A DNA stretch of 64,000 nt. Origin: Pseudomonadota bacterium (lineage in GTDB: Bacteria > Myxococcota > JACRCW01 > JAFGSX01). The stretch lies in contig JBDRCO010000089.1 in the NCBI GenBank assembly GCA_043821645.1, forward strand, positions 32,001-96,000, written 5' to 3'. Positions within the stretch are counted from its first letter, which is position 1, and each line of letters opens with the position of its first letter. The translations under genes were made by a program, and so were the position numbers. Positions 55,721 to 63,649 of this stretch are shown here, in pieces. Below the pieces are notes generated by a model. The model made no database searches. It was not told where the DNA came from and was given only the letters and a program-made list of their open reading frames with translations.

Positions 55721-56173
55721 ATGAAGGCCAATCTCGTCCAACGCAAGCAGCAGATCCTCAGCGAACTTCGCAGCATGGCCGCCGACAAGGCCAAGGACGG
55801 GGTGTTCGACCGCAGCGACGTCGAGGCTCTGCTCAGCCGCGCCAAGAGCGACGGCGAGGTCACCACCGTCGAGGCCAAGGACCTGAGCTTCGTGCGCGAG
55901 GAATACGCCGGCATCATGACCAAGGATGCGGCGTCCTTCCTCGACGGTTTCCTGTCGTCGTGGATCGCGGACCAGATTGGCCGCGAGATGCGCAAGCGCG
56001 AGAAGGAAAAGGAGCGCGAGAAGAAGATCGAGTCGCACATCGAACGCATCGACGACGGGCTCGAGGCGCTGCAGCGCTGGCGTGACGAGGTGGATCAGCG
56101 CATGCGGGCCATGGATGTCGACGACAAGCAACGCGTCATGATCTCCAGCTTCTTCAACCTGAAGCGCGATTGA
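55721..56173 (+). CDS. Hypothetical protein (EF-hand-like N-terminus, charged coiled coil)
   Basis: GGAGG RBS, strong GC3 bias; DGVFDRSD and DGEVTTVE loops. Confidence 0.7.
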   Translation: MKANLVQRKQQILSELRSMAADKAKDGVFDRSDVEALLSRAKSDGEVTTVEAKDLSFVREEYAGIMTKDAASFLDGFLSSWIADQIGREMRKREKEKEREKKIESHIERIDDGLEALQRWRDEVDQRMRAMDVDDKQRVMISSFFNLKRD

Positions 56174-56210
56174 TCGCAGCACGCGCTCACTCCACGGATC
56201 CTCGATTCCC

Positions 56211-56912
56211 ATGACAAAGGACCGCGTGCCTGCAGATGGCTCGGGCGCCATGTTCGATGCCATCGCGCCGCGCTACGACCTGCTCAACCGGGTGCTGTCC
56301 CTCGGCATCGACCGATCGTGGCGACGTCGCGCCGTGCGCCAGCTGGCCTGCGTCGACGGCGGGCTGTACCTGGACCTGGCCTGCGGCACCGCGGACGTCG
56401 CCCTGACCCTGCTGGCCACGCAGGACCGGGCGCGGGTTGTTGGCCTCGACCCCTCGCTGGGCATGCTGCGGCAGGCTGCACGCAAGGGCCTCCCCGTCGA
56501 CAGCGCGACGCTCCTGCTGGGCGCGGCCGCGGGCGAGAACCTGCCCCTGCGCGACGCCTCCGTGCATGGCGCCATCATGGCCTTCGGCATCCGCAACGCC
56601 GTGGACAGGCTCGCCTGCCTGCGCGAGCTGGGGCGGGTCGTCAGGCCCGGCGGTCGCGTGGTGGTGCTCGAGCTGGGCGAGCCGCGGGGACCCTCGGGCG
56701 TGCTGTACCGCGCCTACTTCCGGGGTGTGGCGCCCGTGCTGGGTGGCCTGCTGTCGCGCGGCACCGCCTACCGCTACCTCACGCAGTCGGTGGCGGCCTT
56801 CCCCGAGCCCGAGGCCTTCGCCGCATTGCTGCGCCAGGCGGGCCTGCAGCTGCTTGGCGTCGAGCGCCTGACCCTGGGCGCCGCCCACATCTACACGGCA
56901 CAGCGACCCTGA
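56211..56912 (+). CDS. ubiE: Ubiquinone/menaquinone biosynthesis methyltransferase (UbiE/MenG)
   Basis: MFDAIAPRYDLLNRVLSLG, LDLACGTAD, FGIRN, AYRYL. Confidence 0.92.
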   Translation: MTKDRVPADGSGAMFDAIAPRYDLLNRVLSLGIDRSWRRRAVRQLACVDGGLYLDLACGTADVALTLLATQDRARVVGLDPSLGMLRQAARKGLPVDSATLLLGAAAGENLPLRDASVHGAIMAFGIRNAVDRLACLRELGRVVRPGGRVVVLELGEPRGPSGVLYRAYFRGVAPVLGGLLSRGTAYRYLTQSVAAFPEPEAFAALLRQAGLQLLGVERLTLGAAHIYTAQRP

Positions 56913-56977
56913 GCTGCGGGTCCGGACGTGCGGCCGGCGCGAAAAAGGGCTACACAGATCCCCGTCGGAGGTGGGCC

Positions 56978-58516
56978 ATGAAGTGCGCGAGCGCTGCCGA
57001 GATGCGCGAGCTGGATCGCCAGACCATAGAGGACCTGGGCATCCCGGGCCTGGTGCTGATGGAGGTGGCGGGTCGAGGCGTGGCCGACGTGGCCAGCGAG
57101 ATGCTGGGTGCGCTCGACAGCTTCGTGGTCGTCGCAGGTCCAGGCAACAATGGTGGCGATGGCTATGTGGCTGCCCGCCACCTGCTTGGCCGCGGACATG
57201 ATGGTCACGTTGTTCTGGTGGGCGACCCCGCCAGGCTCAGCGCCGATGCGGCTGCCCACCGCGGTTTCTTTCTGGCCCTGGGTGGGCAGGAACTCCTCGA
57301 CGACGGCGAGCACGACCTGGACGCGTGGCTGCAACCGGCCGATCTGGTCATCGACGCCCTGTTCGGCACCGGGCTGGCGCGCGACGTCGAGGGGCGACCC
57401 CTCGAGGCCATCGCCGCCATCAACGGCTGTGGCAAACCCGTGCTGGCCGTGGACCTGCCCTCGGGTCTGGACGCGGACAGCGGGCGCATCTGCGGCGAGG
57501 CCGTGCAAGCGACCCGCACCGTGACCCTCGGCCTGGTCAAGCGCGGCCTCGTGACGTCGACCGGGGCGGCCCTGGCTGGCGAGGTGGCCGTGTGTGACAT
57601 CGGCATCCCCCCCGCCTTCGTCGACAAGCTAGAGCTGCGCTGCGAGTTCGTCGACCGCGGCTGGGCGCGGCAGCACCTGCCTGTGGTGGCGAAGACCGAT
57701 CACAAGGGCACGCGCGGTCACGTGCTGGTGGTGGCCGGCTCCACACCCAAGGCCGGGGCTGCCTGGCTGGCGGCGCGCGGGGCCCTGCGCGCGGGAGCGG
57801 GACTGTGCACGCTGCTCACCTCCCCAGGTGCGCGCGCGCGCATGGGTGCGGACCTGCCCGAGCTCATGGCCGAGGCCTTCGCCCGCGGCAAGGACGACCT
57901 GGCGCGTATGGATCTGGCGCACCTGCGAGAGCTGACCCAGGGCAAGGACGCCCTGCTGCTGGGTCCTGGCCTGGCCCATGGCGGCGAGACAGCGGCTGCT
58001 CTCGAGGAGCTCCTGGCCGAGTTGTCCCTGCCCGCGGTGGTGGACGCCGAGGGGCTCAACCTGCTGGCGGGCACGCCTGCGGCGTTCAAGGCCGCCCGGG
58101 CCCTGGTGCTGACCCCTCACCCCGGCGAGATGGCCAGGCTGCTGTCGTCGACGGTGGCCGAGGTACAGGCGGATCGCTTCGCCGCGGCCCTGGCCTGTGC
58201 CGCGCAGTGCCAGCAGGTGGTGCTGCTCAAGGGAGCGCGGACCGTCATTGCGGCGCCTGACGGGCGGCATGGTCTGATCCCCATCGAGCACGCAGCCCTG
58301 GGCACGGCGGGCTCGGGGGATGTGCTGGGAGGCGTGGTGGCGGCGCTACTGGCGCGCGGGCTGTCGCCCTACGACGCAGCCTGCACGGGCGCCTACCTGC
58401 ACGTGACCGCAGGCGTCCTCGCCGCCGAGGCGCTGGGACAGACCGCGGTGCTGGCCAGCGACATCGCCGATCGCCTGGGCACCGCGCGCAACACCGTGCT
58501 CGGAGAGGATGCGTGA
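56978..58516 (+). CDS. nnr: Bifunctional NAD(P)H-hydrate epimerase/dehydratase
   Basis: GPGNNGGDG, DALFGTG, DLPSG, HKGTRG, LTPHPGE, TAGSGDVL. Confidence 0.95.
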   Translation: MKCASAAEMRELDRQTIEDLGIPGLVLMEVAGRGVADVASEMLGALDSFVVVAGPGNNGGDGYVAARHLLGRGHDGHVVLVGDPARLSADAAAHRGFFLALGGQELLDDGEHDLDAWLQPADLVIDALFGTGLARDVEGRPLEAIAAINGCGKPVLAVDLPSGLDADSGRICGEAVQATRTVTLGLVKRGLVTSTGAALAGEVAVCDIGIPPAFVDKLELRCEFVDRGWARQHLPVVAKTDHKGTRGHVLVVAGSTPKAGAAWLAARGALRAGAGLCTLLTSPGARARMGADLPELMAEAFARGKDDLARMDLAHLRELTQGKDALLLGPGLAHGGETAAALEELLAELSLPAVVDAEGLNLLAGTPAAFKAARALVLTPHPGEMARLLSSTVAEVQADRFAAALACAAQCQQVVLLKGARTVIAAPDGRHGLIPIEHAALGTAGSGDVLGGVVAALLARGLSPYDAACTGAYLHVTAGVLAAEALGQTAVLASDIADRLGTARNTVLGEDA

Positions 58517-58977
58517 GCAGGACCCTGGAGCTCAGCACCACCTCGGCGCGCCACACCGAGCGCATCGCTGCGGCCATGGCCACGGTCTGCGGGCCAGGCG
58601 ATCTGATTGCCCTCGTGGGTCCCCTGGGTGCTGGCAAGACACGTTTCGTGAGTGGCTTCGTTGCGGCACTGCCTGGAAGCGACCACGTCCGCGTGTCCTC
58701 ACCCACCTTCACCACGGTGAACACCTATCCGACGACACCTCCGGTCTTTCACATGGACCTGTACCGCCTTGCGCCGGGGGTCGACGTGGACCAGCTCGGC
58801 TACGAGGAGTACACCGAGGGCGATGGAATCTGCCTCGTCGAGTGGTTTGACAGGGCGCCTCGGGTGGCTCCCGCGGACTTCCTCGAGATTCGCTTTGCCC
58901 TGCGCGCGGGTTCACGCCGACGGCTCACGCTGTGTGCGCACGGGCCGCGCAGTCGCCGGCTGCTGCCGCAGAGGTAG
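58513..58977 (+). CDS. tsaE: t6A biosynthesis ATPase TsaE
   Basis: GPLGAGKT, SSPTF, HMDLYRL, VEW. Confidence 0.93.
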   Translation: MSRTLELSTTSARHTERIAAAMATVCGPGDLIALVGPLGAGKTRFVSGFVAALPGSDHVRVSSPTFTTVNTYPTTPPVFHMDLYRLAPGVDVDQLGYEEYTEGDGICLVEWFDRAPRVAPADFLEIRFALRAGSRRRLTLCAHGPRSRRLLPQR

Positions 58978-59022
58978 CCGACCGTGCCGGCGGGTACTGC
59001 GGTTTCCGTCGACAAAAAGATC

Positions 59023-59051
59023 TTTACACACCTGGGGGCCCGCGTTATATC
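59023..59051 (+). promoter_or_regulatory. Putative sigma70 promoter of the tRNA
   Basis: TTTACA, 17-nt spacer, TATATC, then a GC-rich discriminator 12 nt before the tRNA. Confidence 0.45.
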
Positions 59052-59062
59052 GACGCCGTTGT

Positions 59063-59138
59063 TGCGGGGTGGAGCAGTTGGTAGCTCATCGGGCTCATAA
59101 CCCGAAGGCCATTGGTTCGAGTCCAATCCCCGCTACCA
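59063..59138 (+). tRNA. Initiator tRNA-fMet (CAT)
   Basis: Cloverleaf; anticodon arm TCGGG-CTCATAA-CCCGA with three G-C pairs; A11:U24; unpaired 1:72; T-arm ATTGG-TTCGAGT-CCAAT; encoded CCA. Confidence 0.96.
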
Positions 59139-59145
59139 AATGAAT

Positions 59146-59185
59146 ACGGGCGGTTAGCTAGATGGCTGACCGCCCGTTTTCTTTT
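59146..59185 (+). terminator. Rho-independent terminator after the tRNA
   Basis: ACGGGCGGTTAGC-tagatg-GCTGACCGCCCGT followed by TTTCTTTT. Confidence 0.85.
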
Positions 59186-59187
59186 GG

Positions 59188-59208
59188 TGTGGCCATTTTG
59201 TGGCCATT
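59188..59208 (+). repeat. Tandem 10-bp direct repeat, probable integrase arm-type sites
   Basis: TGTGGCCATT-t-TGTGGCCATT between the tRNA and int. Confidence 0.7.
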
Positions 59209-59293
59209 CTGCGCGGGGACGGGCCCGTCCCGCAGTATCGGCTGGCTGGAGTTGCGGGGGACCTGGACGACTTTGCTCCGGTAGGAGTGAGGT

Positions 59294-60427
59294 ATGGCCA
59301 GACCCGTCCGATGCCGAGACCGATGGCGCATCCGCTGGACCGATCACATCGGCCGCCGTCGCAGCGCCATGTTCGAGCGCTTCGAGGAGGCCCAGTACGC
59401 CCTGCAGCGCTACCAGGCCGAAGCGCGCGAGGTCCGGCGCGGGTTGCGGGTCGCGCCACCCCCGGAGCATACCTTCGGCGAGCTGTGCGACTACTGGGTG
59501 AAGCACCGGCTTCCGTCCCGCCGCAGCCCCAAGGACATCGAGAGCATCGTCCGCAAGCACCTGAGGCCGAGCTTCGGCGAGCTGCCCCTGCGCCTGATCT
59601 CCATCGAGGATGTCGACAGCTTCGTCGCCGAACGTCGCTACCTGACCGACAAGACCATTCACAACCTACTCACCCTGCTGGTGACCCTGCTGCGCACCGC
59701 CGTCGAGCTGGGCTGGTTGCACCAGGTGCCCCGACTCCGCAAGCCCAGGATCCAGGTCGTCGACACGAACTACCGCTGGTTGAAGACTCCCGAGGAGATC
59801 GCCCGCCTGCTGACGGCGGCGAGAGAGGAGGGCGAGGACGTCCACGACTTGTATGCCCTGGCGATCTACACCGGGCTGCGGCAGGGCGAGATCGCGGGCC
59901 TGCGCTGGAGCGACATCTCGCTCGGTCGCAGGATGATCACCGTCGAGCGCAGCTTCTGCTCCCCGACCAAGAGCGGACGGGCTCGGCCTGTCCCCATCCT
60001 GGACCCCCTGCTGCCCATCCTGCAGCGGCGCCATCGACGCTCACAGGGCAACGTGCTGGTGTTCCCCAACGCCAGGGGCCACATGCACCTGAACGGCGCC
60101 AGTGTGTTCAGGGAGACCCTGCACCGGTTGGTCGATGCGGCGGCGTTTCAAGAAACGCAAGACGTGGGCGGGCATCGTCGTCGCTACATCGTGTTTCACA
60201 GCCTGAGGCACACCTTCGCTAGCCACTGGATGATGAACGGTGGCGACCTGTTCAAGCTGCAGAAGGTCCTGGGGCACGCCTCCGTCGAGATGACGCAGCG
60301 CTATGCCCACCTGGCCCCGGACGCCTTCGAGGACGATTACAGCCTGTTCGGGGCTGCTTCTGTCCAGAGTCGCGGCGTTCCTGACATGCCCATGGCCAAG
60401 GTTATCCCGTTTCGAGCGTCCCGGTAG
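59294..60427 (+). CDS. int: Tyrosine recombinase/integrase
   Basis: TGLRQGE (R), PTKSG (K), HSLRH, LGH, RYAH (Y); N-terminal arm-binding-like WRIRWTD. Confidence 0.96.
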   Translation: MARPVRCRDRWRIRWTDHIGRRRSAMFERFEEAQYALQRYQAEAREVRRGLRVAPPPEHTFGELCDYWVKHRLPSRRSPKDIESIVRKHLRPSFGELPLRLISIEDVDSFVAERRYLTDKTIHNLLTLLVTLLRTAVELGWLHQVPRLRKPRIQVVDTNYRWLKTPEEIARLLTAAREEGEDVHDLYALAIYTGLRQGEIAGLRWSDISLGRRMITVERSFCSPTKSGRARPVPILDPLLPILQRRHRRSQGNVLVFPNARGHMHLNGASVFRETLHRLVDAAAFQETQDVGGHRRRYIVFHSLRHTFASHWMMNGGDLFKLQKVLGHASVEMTQRYAHLAPDAFEDDYSLFGAASVQSRGVPDMPMAKVIPFRASR

Positions 60428-60486
60428 TGACTGCGTCTTCCCGTAGATCTCGATGCCGACTCTGCGGGAGACCAAGCTCGATCCTC

Positions 60487-60628
60487 CACGGCTTCGCGTC
60501 GACGTGGCTGGCAAAGGACCGCTTTCTTATACCGCTACTGTCATCCTCGGTCACCAGAGCCCGGAAATGACGCGCTCTACGCCTACCTCGCGCCCGATCT
60601 CTACGGCGCCGAGCACGGGATCTTCGGC
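60487..60628 (+). pseudogene. Frameshifted remnant of a second tyrosine integrase C-terminus
   Basis: Across frames reads HGFASTWLAK / ILGHQSPEMTR / YAYLAPDLYGAEHGIFG, collinear with HTFASHWMMN..VLGHASVEMTQRYAHLAPDAFEDDYSLFG of the intact int. Confidence 0.75.
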
Positions 60629-60714
60629 CAAGAGGCCACGCTGCACCCAGCGACAGTGTCACGAATTTTCGGCTGAACCATCCGGAGAGCCGAACTACTG
60701 CACGCAGTTGAAGA

Positions 60715-60746
60715 CCCCGCAGCAACTCGAGCTCGATGCTGCGGGG
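60715..60746. other. Strong hairpin (terminator or operator) upstream of the xis-like gene
   Basis: CCCCGCAGCA-actcgagctcga-TGCTGCGGGG; the loop itself contains the palindrome TCGAGCTCGA. Confidence 0.6.
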
Positions 60747-60807
60747 GATTTCTCGTCGTCATGGTGAGATACGTGAAGCTGGGCCAACAACACAAGGAGG
60801 ACGCGAG

Positions 60808-61068
60808 ATGGCCAGCTTGATCGGCTACGCAGAGGCTGCGGACATCCTGGGACTCAAGCATGGCACCCTGTACGCGATGGTCTCCCAGCGACGGATACCG
60901 CACGTTCGAATGGGTGGGCGGCTGGTTCGCTTCGACTCGGCCGAGCTTGAGCGCTGGGTCGAGTCTCGGAGAGTGGCTGTGAGCCCCGAGGTGGACTCAG
61001 GAGCTCATGTCTCTGATCGTCACCTCGGCGCTGCCGGTGGAAACAAGAACGGCAGGAGGCGGCCATGA
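60808..61068 (+). CDS. Excisionase/AlpA-like HTH DNA-binding protein (HTH_17)
   Basis: AAGGAGG RBS; LIGYAEAADILGLKHGTLYAMVSQRRIPHVRMGGRLVRFD. Confidence 0.9.
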   Translation: MASLIGYAEAADILGLKHGTLYAMVSQRRIPHVRMGGRLVRFDSAELERWVESRRVAVSPEVDSGAHVSDRHLGAAGGNKNGRRRP

Positions 61069-63293
61069 ACAAGACCGTCCCCCTGCCGGAGGGGTTCGAT
61101 GGGCTCGCGTTGTCGACGGCGGACGCCCACCGGACCAATGTTAACTACATAATCAACTTCGAGATCGTGTCTCAAGCCTCGCCCGCCGAGGCCACGGCCT
61201 ACACTCTGCACTTCAAGAAGTCGCCGCCGGTCTGTCATCCGATGTACCGATCACGGCGGCGCAGGGACAGGTTCGTCGAGCTGCTCGGTGGCCTCGGTGA
61301 TCTCGAGATTCTCACCGGCACGAAAGCAGAGGAGCTGGACCTCAGCTTTCTCGGCCCGGACGCGGACGTGGTCCAGGTGCAGCGCCTGAGGCTGACTACG
61401 CTGGGCACCTTGGAGGAGACCGAGGCAGCCATCTTTGAGCTCACCGCGCGGAGGGACGTGGACGCTCTATGTCCTGGCGACCTGCCTGCTCGAGTCGACC
61501 TCTCCGTGACGCTGGACGGGGCTGCTGACCACGTCGAAGTCGTCGTAGACGAGGTGCAGGTGGCCCGGTTCCTGGATGACCTCTCTCAACGCGTGGAGCG
61601 CATGCACCGGGCTGGGGCAGACCTCCGCGTCAGCTGGGTTTCCAGGCCTGCCAGGGCTTTCAGGCTGATCACCGGCAAGCCCATCGGGCGGCCAAGGCTG
61701 GATTCCAGCACTGACACTGAAGGTGCACCCAAGGTGGTCATCAGTATTCCGGGGAAGAAGCAGGCAGTGACAAGAGTTGGACCTGTCCAGGTCTGTGACG
61801 AGCGGTCGGGAATTCACCGGACCACGACGCCTGTAGAGGAGAACGTCGCTAACAAGAAGAAGGAGAGAACCCAGGAGAGAGCCCGTACCGACCATTACCT
61901 GTATCCCCTGCCTGGTGGTTGTTCAGATATTCGTGGGTGTCCGCTGAGTTGCGCTACTCCCAGGTCTGCAGAAACCAGCCCCTACCTTGCAGATTTCGTG
62001 ACGTCCCCCTTAGAGGGCTTGACCGGCCTCGAGCCCTTCTTCAAGACAGCGTTGCTTATCGACCCACGCCTTGCTTTCCGCCCGGGTAATGCGCACTACG
62101 CTCTGACGCGGCTAGCGTCTGAGGCTGGTGTGGAACTCCTCAGCCCGGCCTTCAGGGCGCTGCTCTGCGTGGCCGCCAACGTGCTGGTCGCGTGGCAGGA
62201 CGGTCGCCCGGTCGGGGTTGGTCTGGGTAATGACGACTTCCGGTGTCCGCCCCGCTACGGCCTTCCGCACTGGCGCTACAGGTACGTCAGAGAAGTGATC
62301 AATCTGCTGGAGACCGGGGGGCACATCGGAGTCAAGATCGGCACGCAGCACCCCAGCCGTCGAACACGGCTCTGGCAGCGGGATGGACTCGGCGAACTCC
62401 TCGGTGGCGTCGACGGGTACGCGGATGTCGTCGAGGATCCCCACGTCGAGTTGCTGCAGCGCAAGGACAGGTCCAAGCGGTTCGAGGACTACCAGGACAA
62501 CGACAGGCTGAACCAGCAGCGCCAGCAGCTGGTTCGGTACAACGCCTTGCTGGAGAAGACCGAGATCACGCTAGCTCCGGGGCACGGGCTCGACGCCATG
62601 GCACTGCGCATCTTTGACTCGCGTCGCCAGGCCTACCGCGTGTTCAACAACAGCAGCTGGAGTCGCGGTGGGCGCATCTACTGCGCGAAGTGGCAGAACC
62701 TGCCCAAGCAGGCCCGTCGCCACATCTTGATCAACGGCGAGCCCTGCGTCGAGCTGGACTATTCGAGCCTTCACGTGCGGATGCTTTACGCCATGCGCGG
62801 CTTGGTCCTGCAGCACGACCCGTATGAGATCGACGGCCATCCCGGACTGCGCCCGCTCGGCAAGTTCATGATCCTGATTTTGCTCAACGCCAGGGGGAAG
62901 ATTCAGGCCCTGAAGGCTTTCCACAAGAAGGTCATGGGCGACGCCGACCTGGCAGCGCTGCTCTTGGACAGCGGGCTCACCCCGGCGAAGCTGTACAACC
63001 AGCTTGCTGAAGCGAACAGGTGGATCGCCCATTACTTCCACACGGGCATCGGGCTCCGGCTTCAGGCCTGGGACTCGAAGATCATGATGAAGGTGGTCAA
63101 CCACCTCACGAGGCGTCAGATCCCTGGGCTCCCAGTACATGACAGCTGCATCGTTCCGGTCTCTCGCGAGGCAGACCTGAAGAGGTTGATGACCGAGGGG
63201 TACGAGAAGGAGTTCAAGTTCGGGATCCCCATCAAGCGCACCCCTGGAGTCGGCGCCGAGGTCGACAAGCCAGAGAAGGGAGGTGCGCGATGA
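61065..63293 (+). CDS. Protein with a divergent family-A (PolA/T7-like) nucleotide polymerase C-terminal domain
   Basis: RGGRIY..WQNLP (cf. TGRLS..QNIP), ELDYSSLHVR (motif A), RPLGK (motif B), GLRLQAWDS, VHDS (motif C); translationally coupled to the HTH gene. Confidence 0.75.
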   Translation: MNKTVPLPEGFDGLALSTADAHRTNVNYIINFEIVSQASPAEATAYTLHFKKSPPVCHPMYRSRRRRDRFVELLGGLGDLEILTGTKAEELDLSFLGPDADVVQVQRLRLTTLGTLEETEAAIFELTARRDVDALCPGDLPARVDLSVTLDGAADHVEVVVDEVQVARFLDDLSQRVERMHRAGADLRVSWVSRPARAFRLITGKPIGRPRLDSSTDTEGAPKVVISIPGKKQAVTRVGPVQVCDERSGIHRTTTPVEENVANKKKERTQERARTDHYLYPLPGGCSDIRGCPLSCATPRSAETSPYLADFVTSPLEGLTGLEPFFKTALLIDPRLAFRPGNAHYALTRLASEAGVELLSPAFRALLCVAANVLVAWQDGRPVGVGLGNDDFRCPPRYGLPHWRYRYVREVINLLETGGHIGVKIGTQHPSRRTRLWQRDGLGELLGGVDGYADVVEDPHVELLQRKDRSKRFEDYQDNDRLNQQRQQLVRYNALLEKTEITLAPGHGLDAMALRIFDSRRQAYRVFNNSSWSRGGRIYCAKWQNLPKQARRHILINGEPCVELDYSSLHVRMLYAMRGLVLQHDPYEIDGHPGLRPLGKFMILILLNARGKIQALKAFHKKVMGDADLAALLLDSGLTPAKLYNQLAEANRWIAHYFHTGIGLRLQAWDSKIMMKVVNHLTRRQIPGLPVHDSCIVPVSREADLKRLMTEGYEKEFKFGIPIKRTPGVGAEVDKPEKGGAR

Positions 63294-63454
63294 CCAACGA
63301 CATCGTCTTGAACTGGTGGCATTGCATCCAGCAACGCTATCCCTCGGTACGATACCAGGGCGCTCTGGGCTTCACAGACCCCTGTTGGAGCGCAAGGCAC
63401 CCAACTTCTGCAATACAAAATGCAGCACCCCCGCTCCACCACCCCACTGCATGA
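63290..63454 (+). CDS. Possible 54-aa small protein
   Basis: ATG overlaps the stop of the polymerase-like gene (ATGA), AAGGGAGG RBS; MTNDIVLNWWHCIQQRYPSVRYQG...; not in the ORF track. Confidence 0.35.
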   Translation: MTNDIVLNWWHCIQQRYPSVRYQGALGFTDPCWSARHPTSAIQNAAPPLHHPTA

Positions 63455-63649
63455 GTATAAATCCAGGGTGGATATATAGCCACATATGGCCAGGTATGGT
63501 TATGGATCCCGGTACCTTTTCCCCACGCTCACGTACAGTGCCCCGCGAATCGCAGGTCAAATTGGGCGTGACCCTACACATTCCCCTGTCTGATAGGTAC
63601 CCGTCAGACCGTTTTGACACCTGGTCAATAGCCACAATATCGGACGGTA

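Noticed and set aside
60453-60767. 104-aa ORF between int and xis
   Set aside because: Better explained as one frame of the decayed integrase remnant
63614-63638. sigma70 promoter TTGACA...CACAAT
   Set aside because: Spacer is only 13 nt; TTGAC is better read as half of a palindrome
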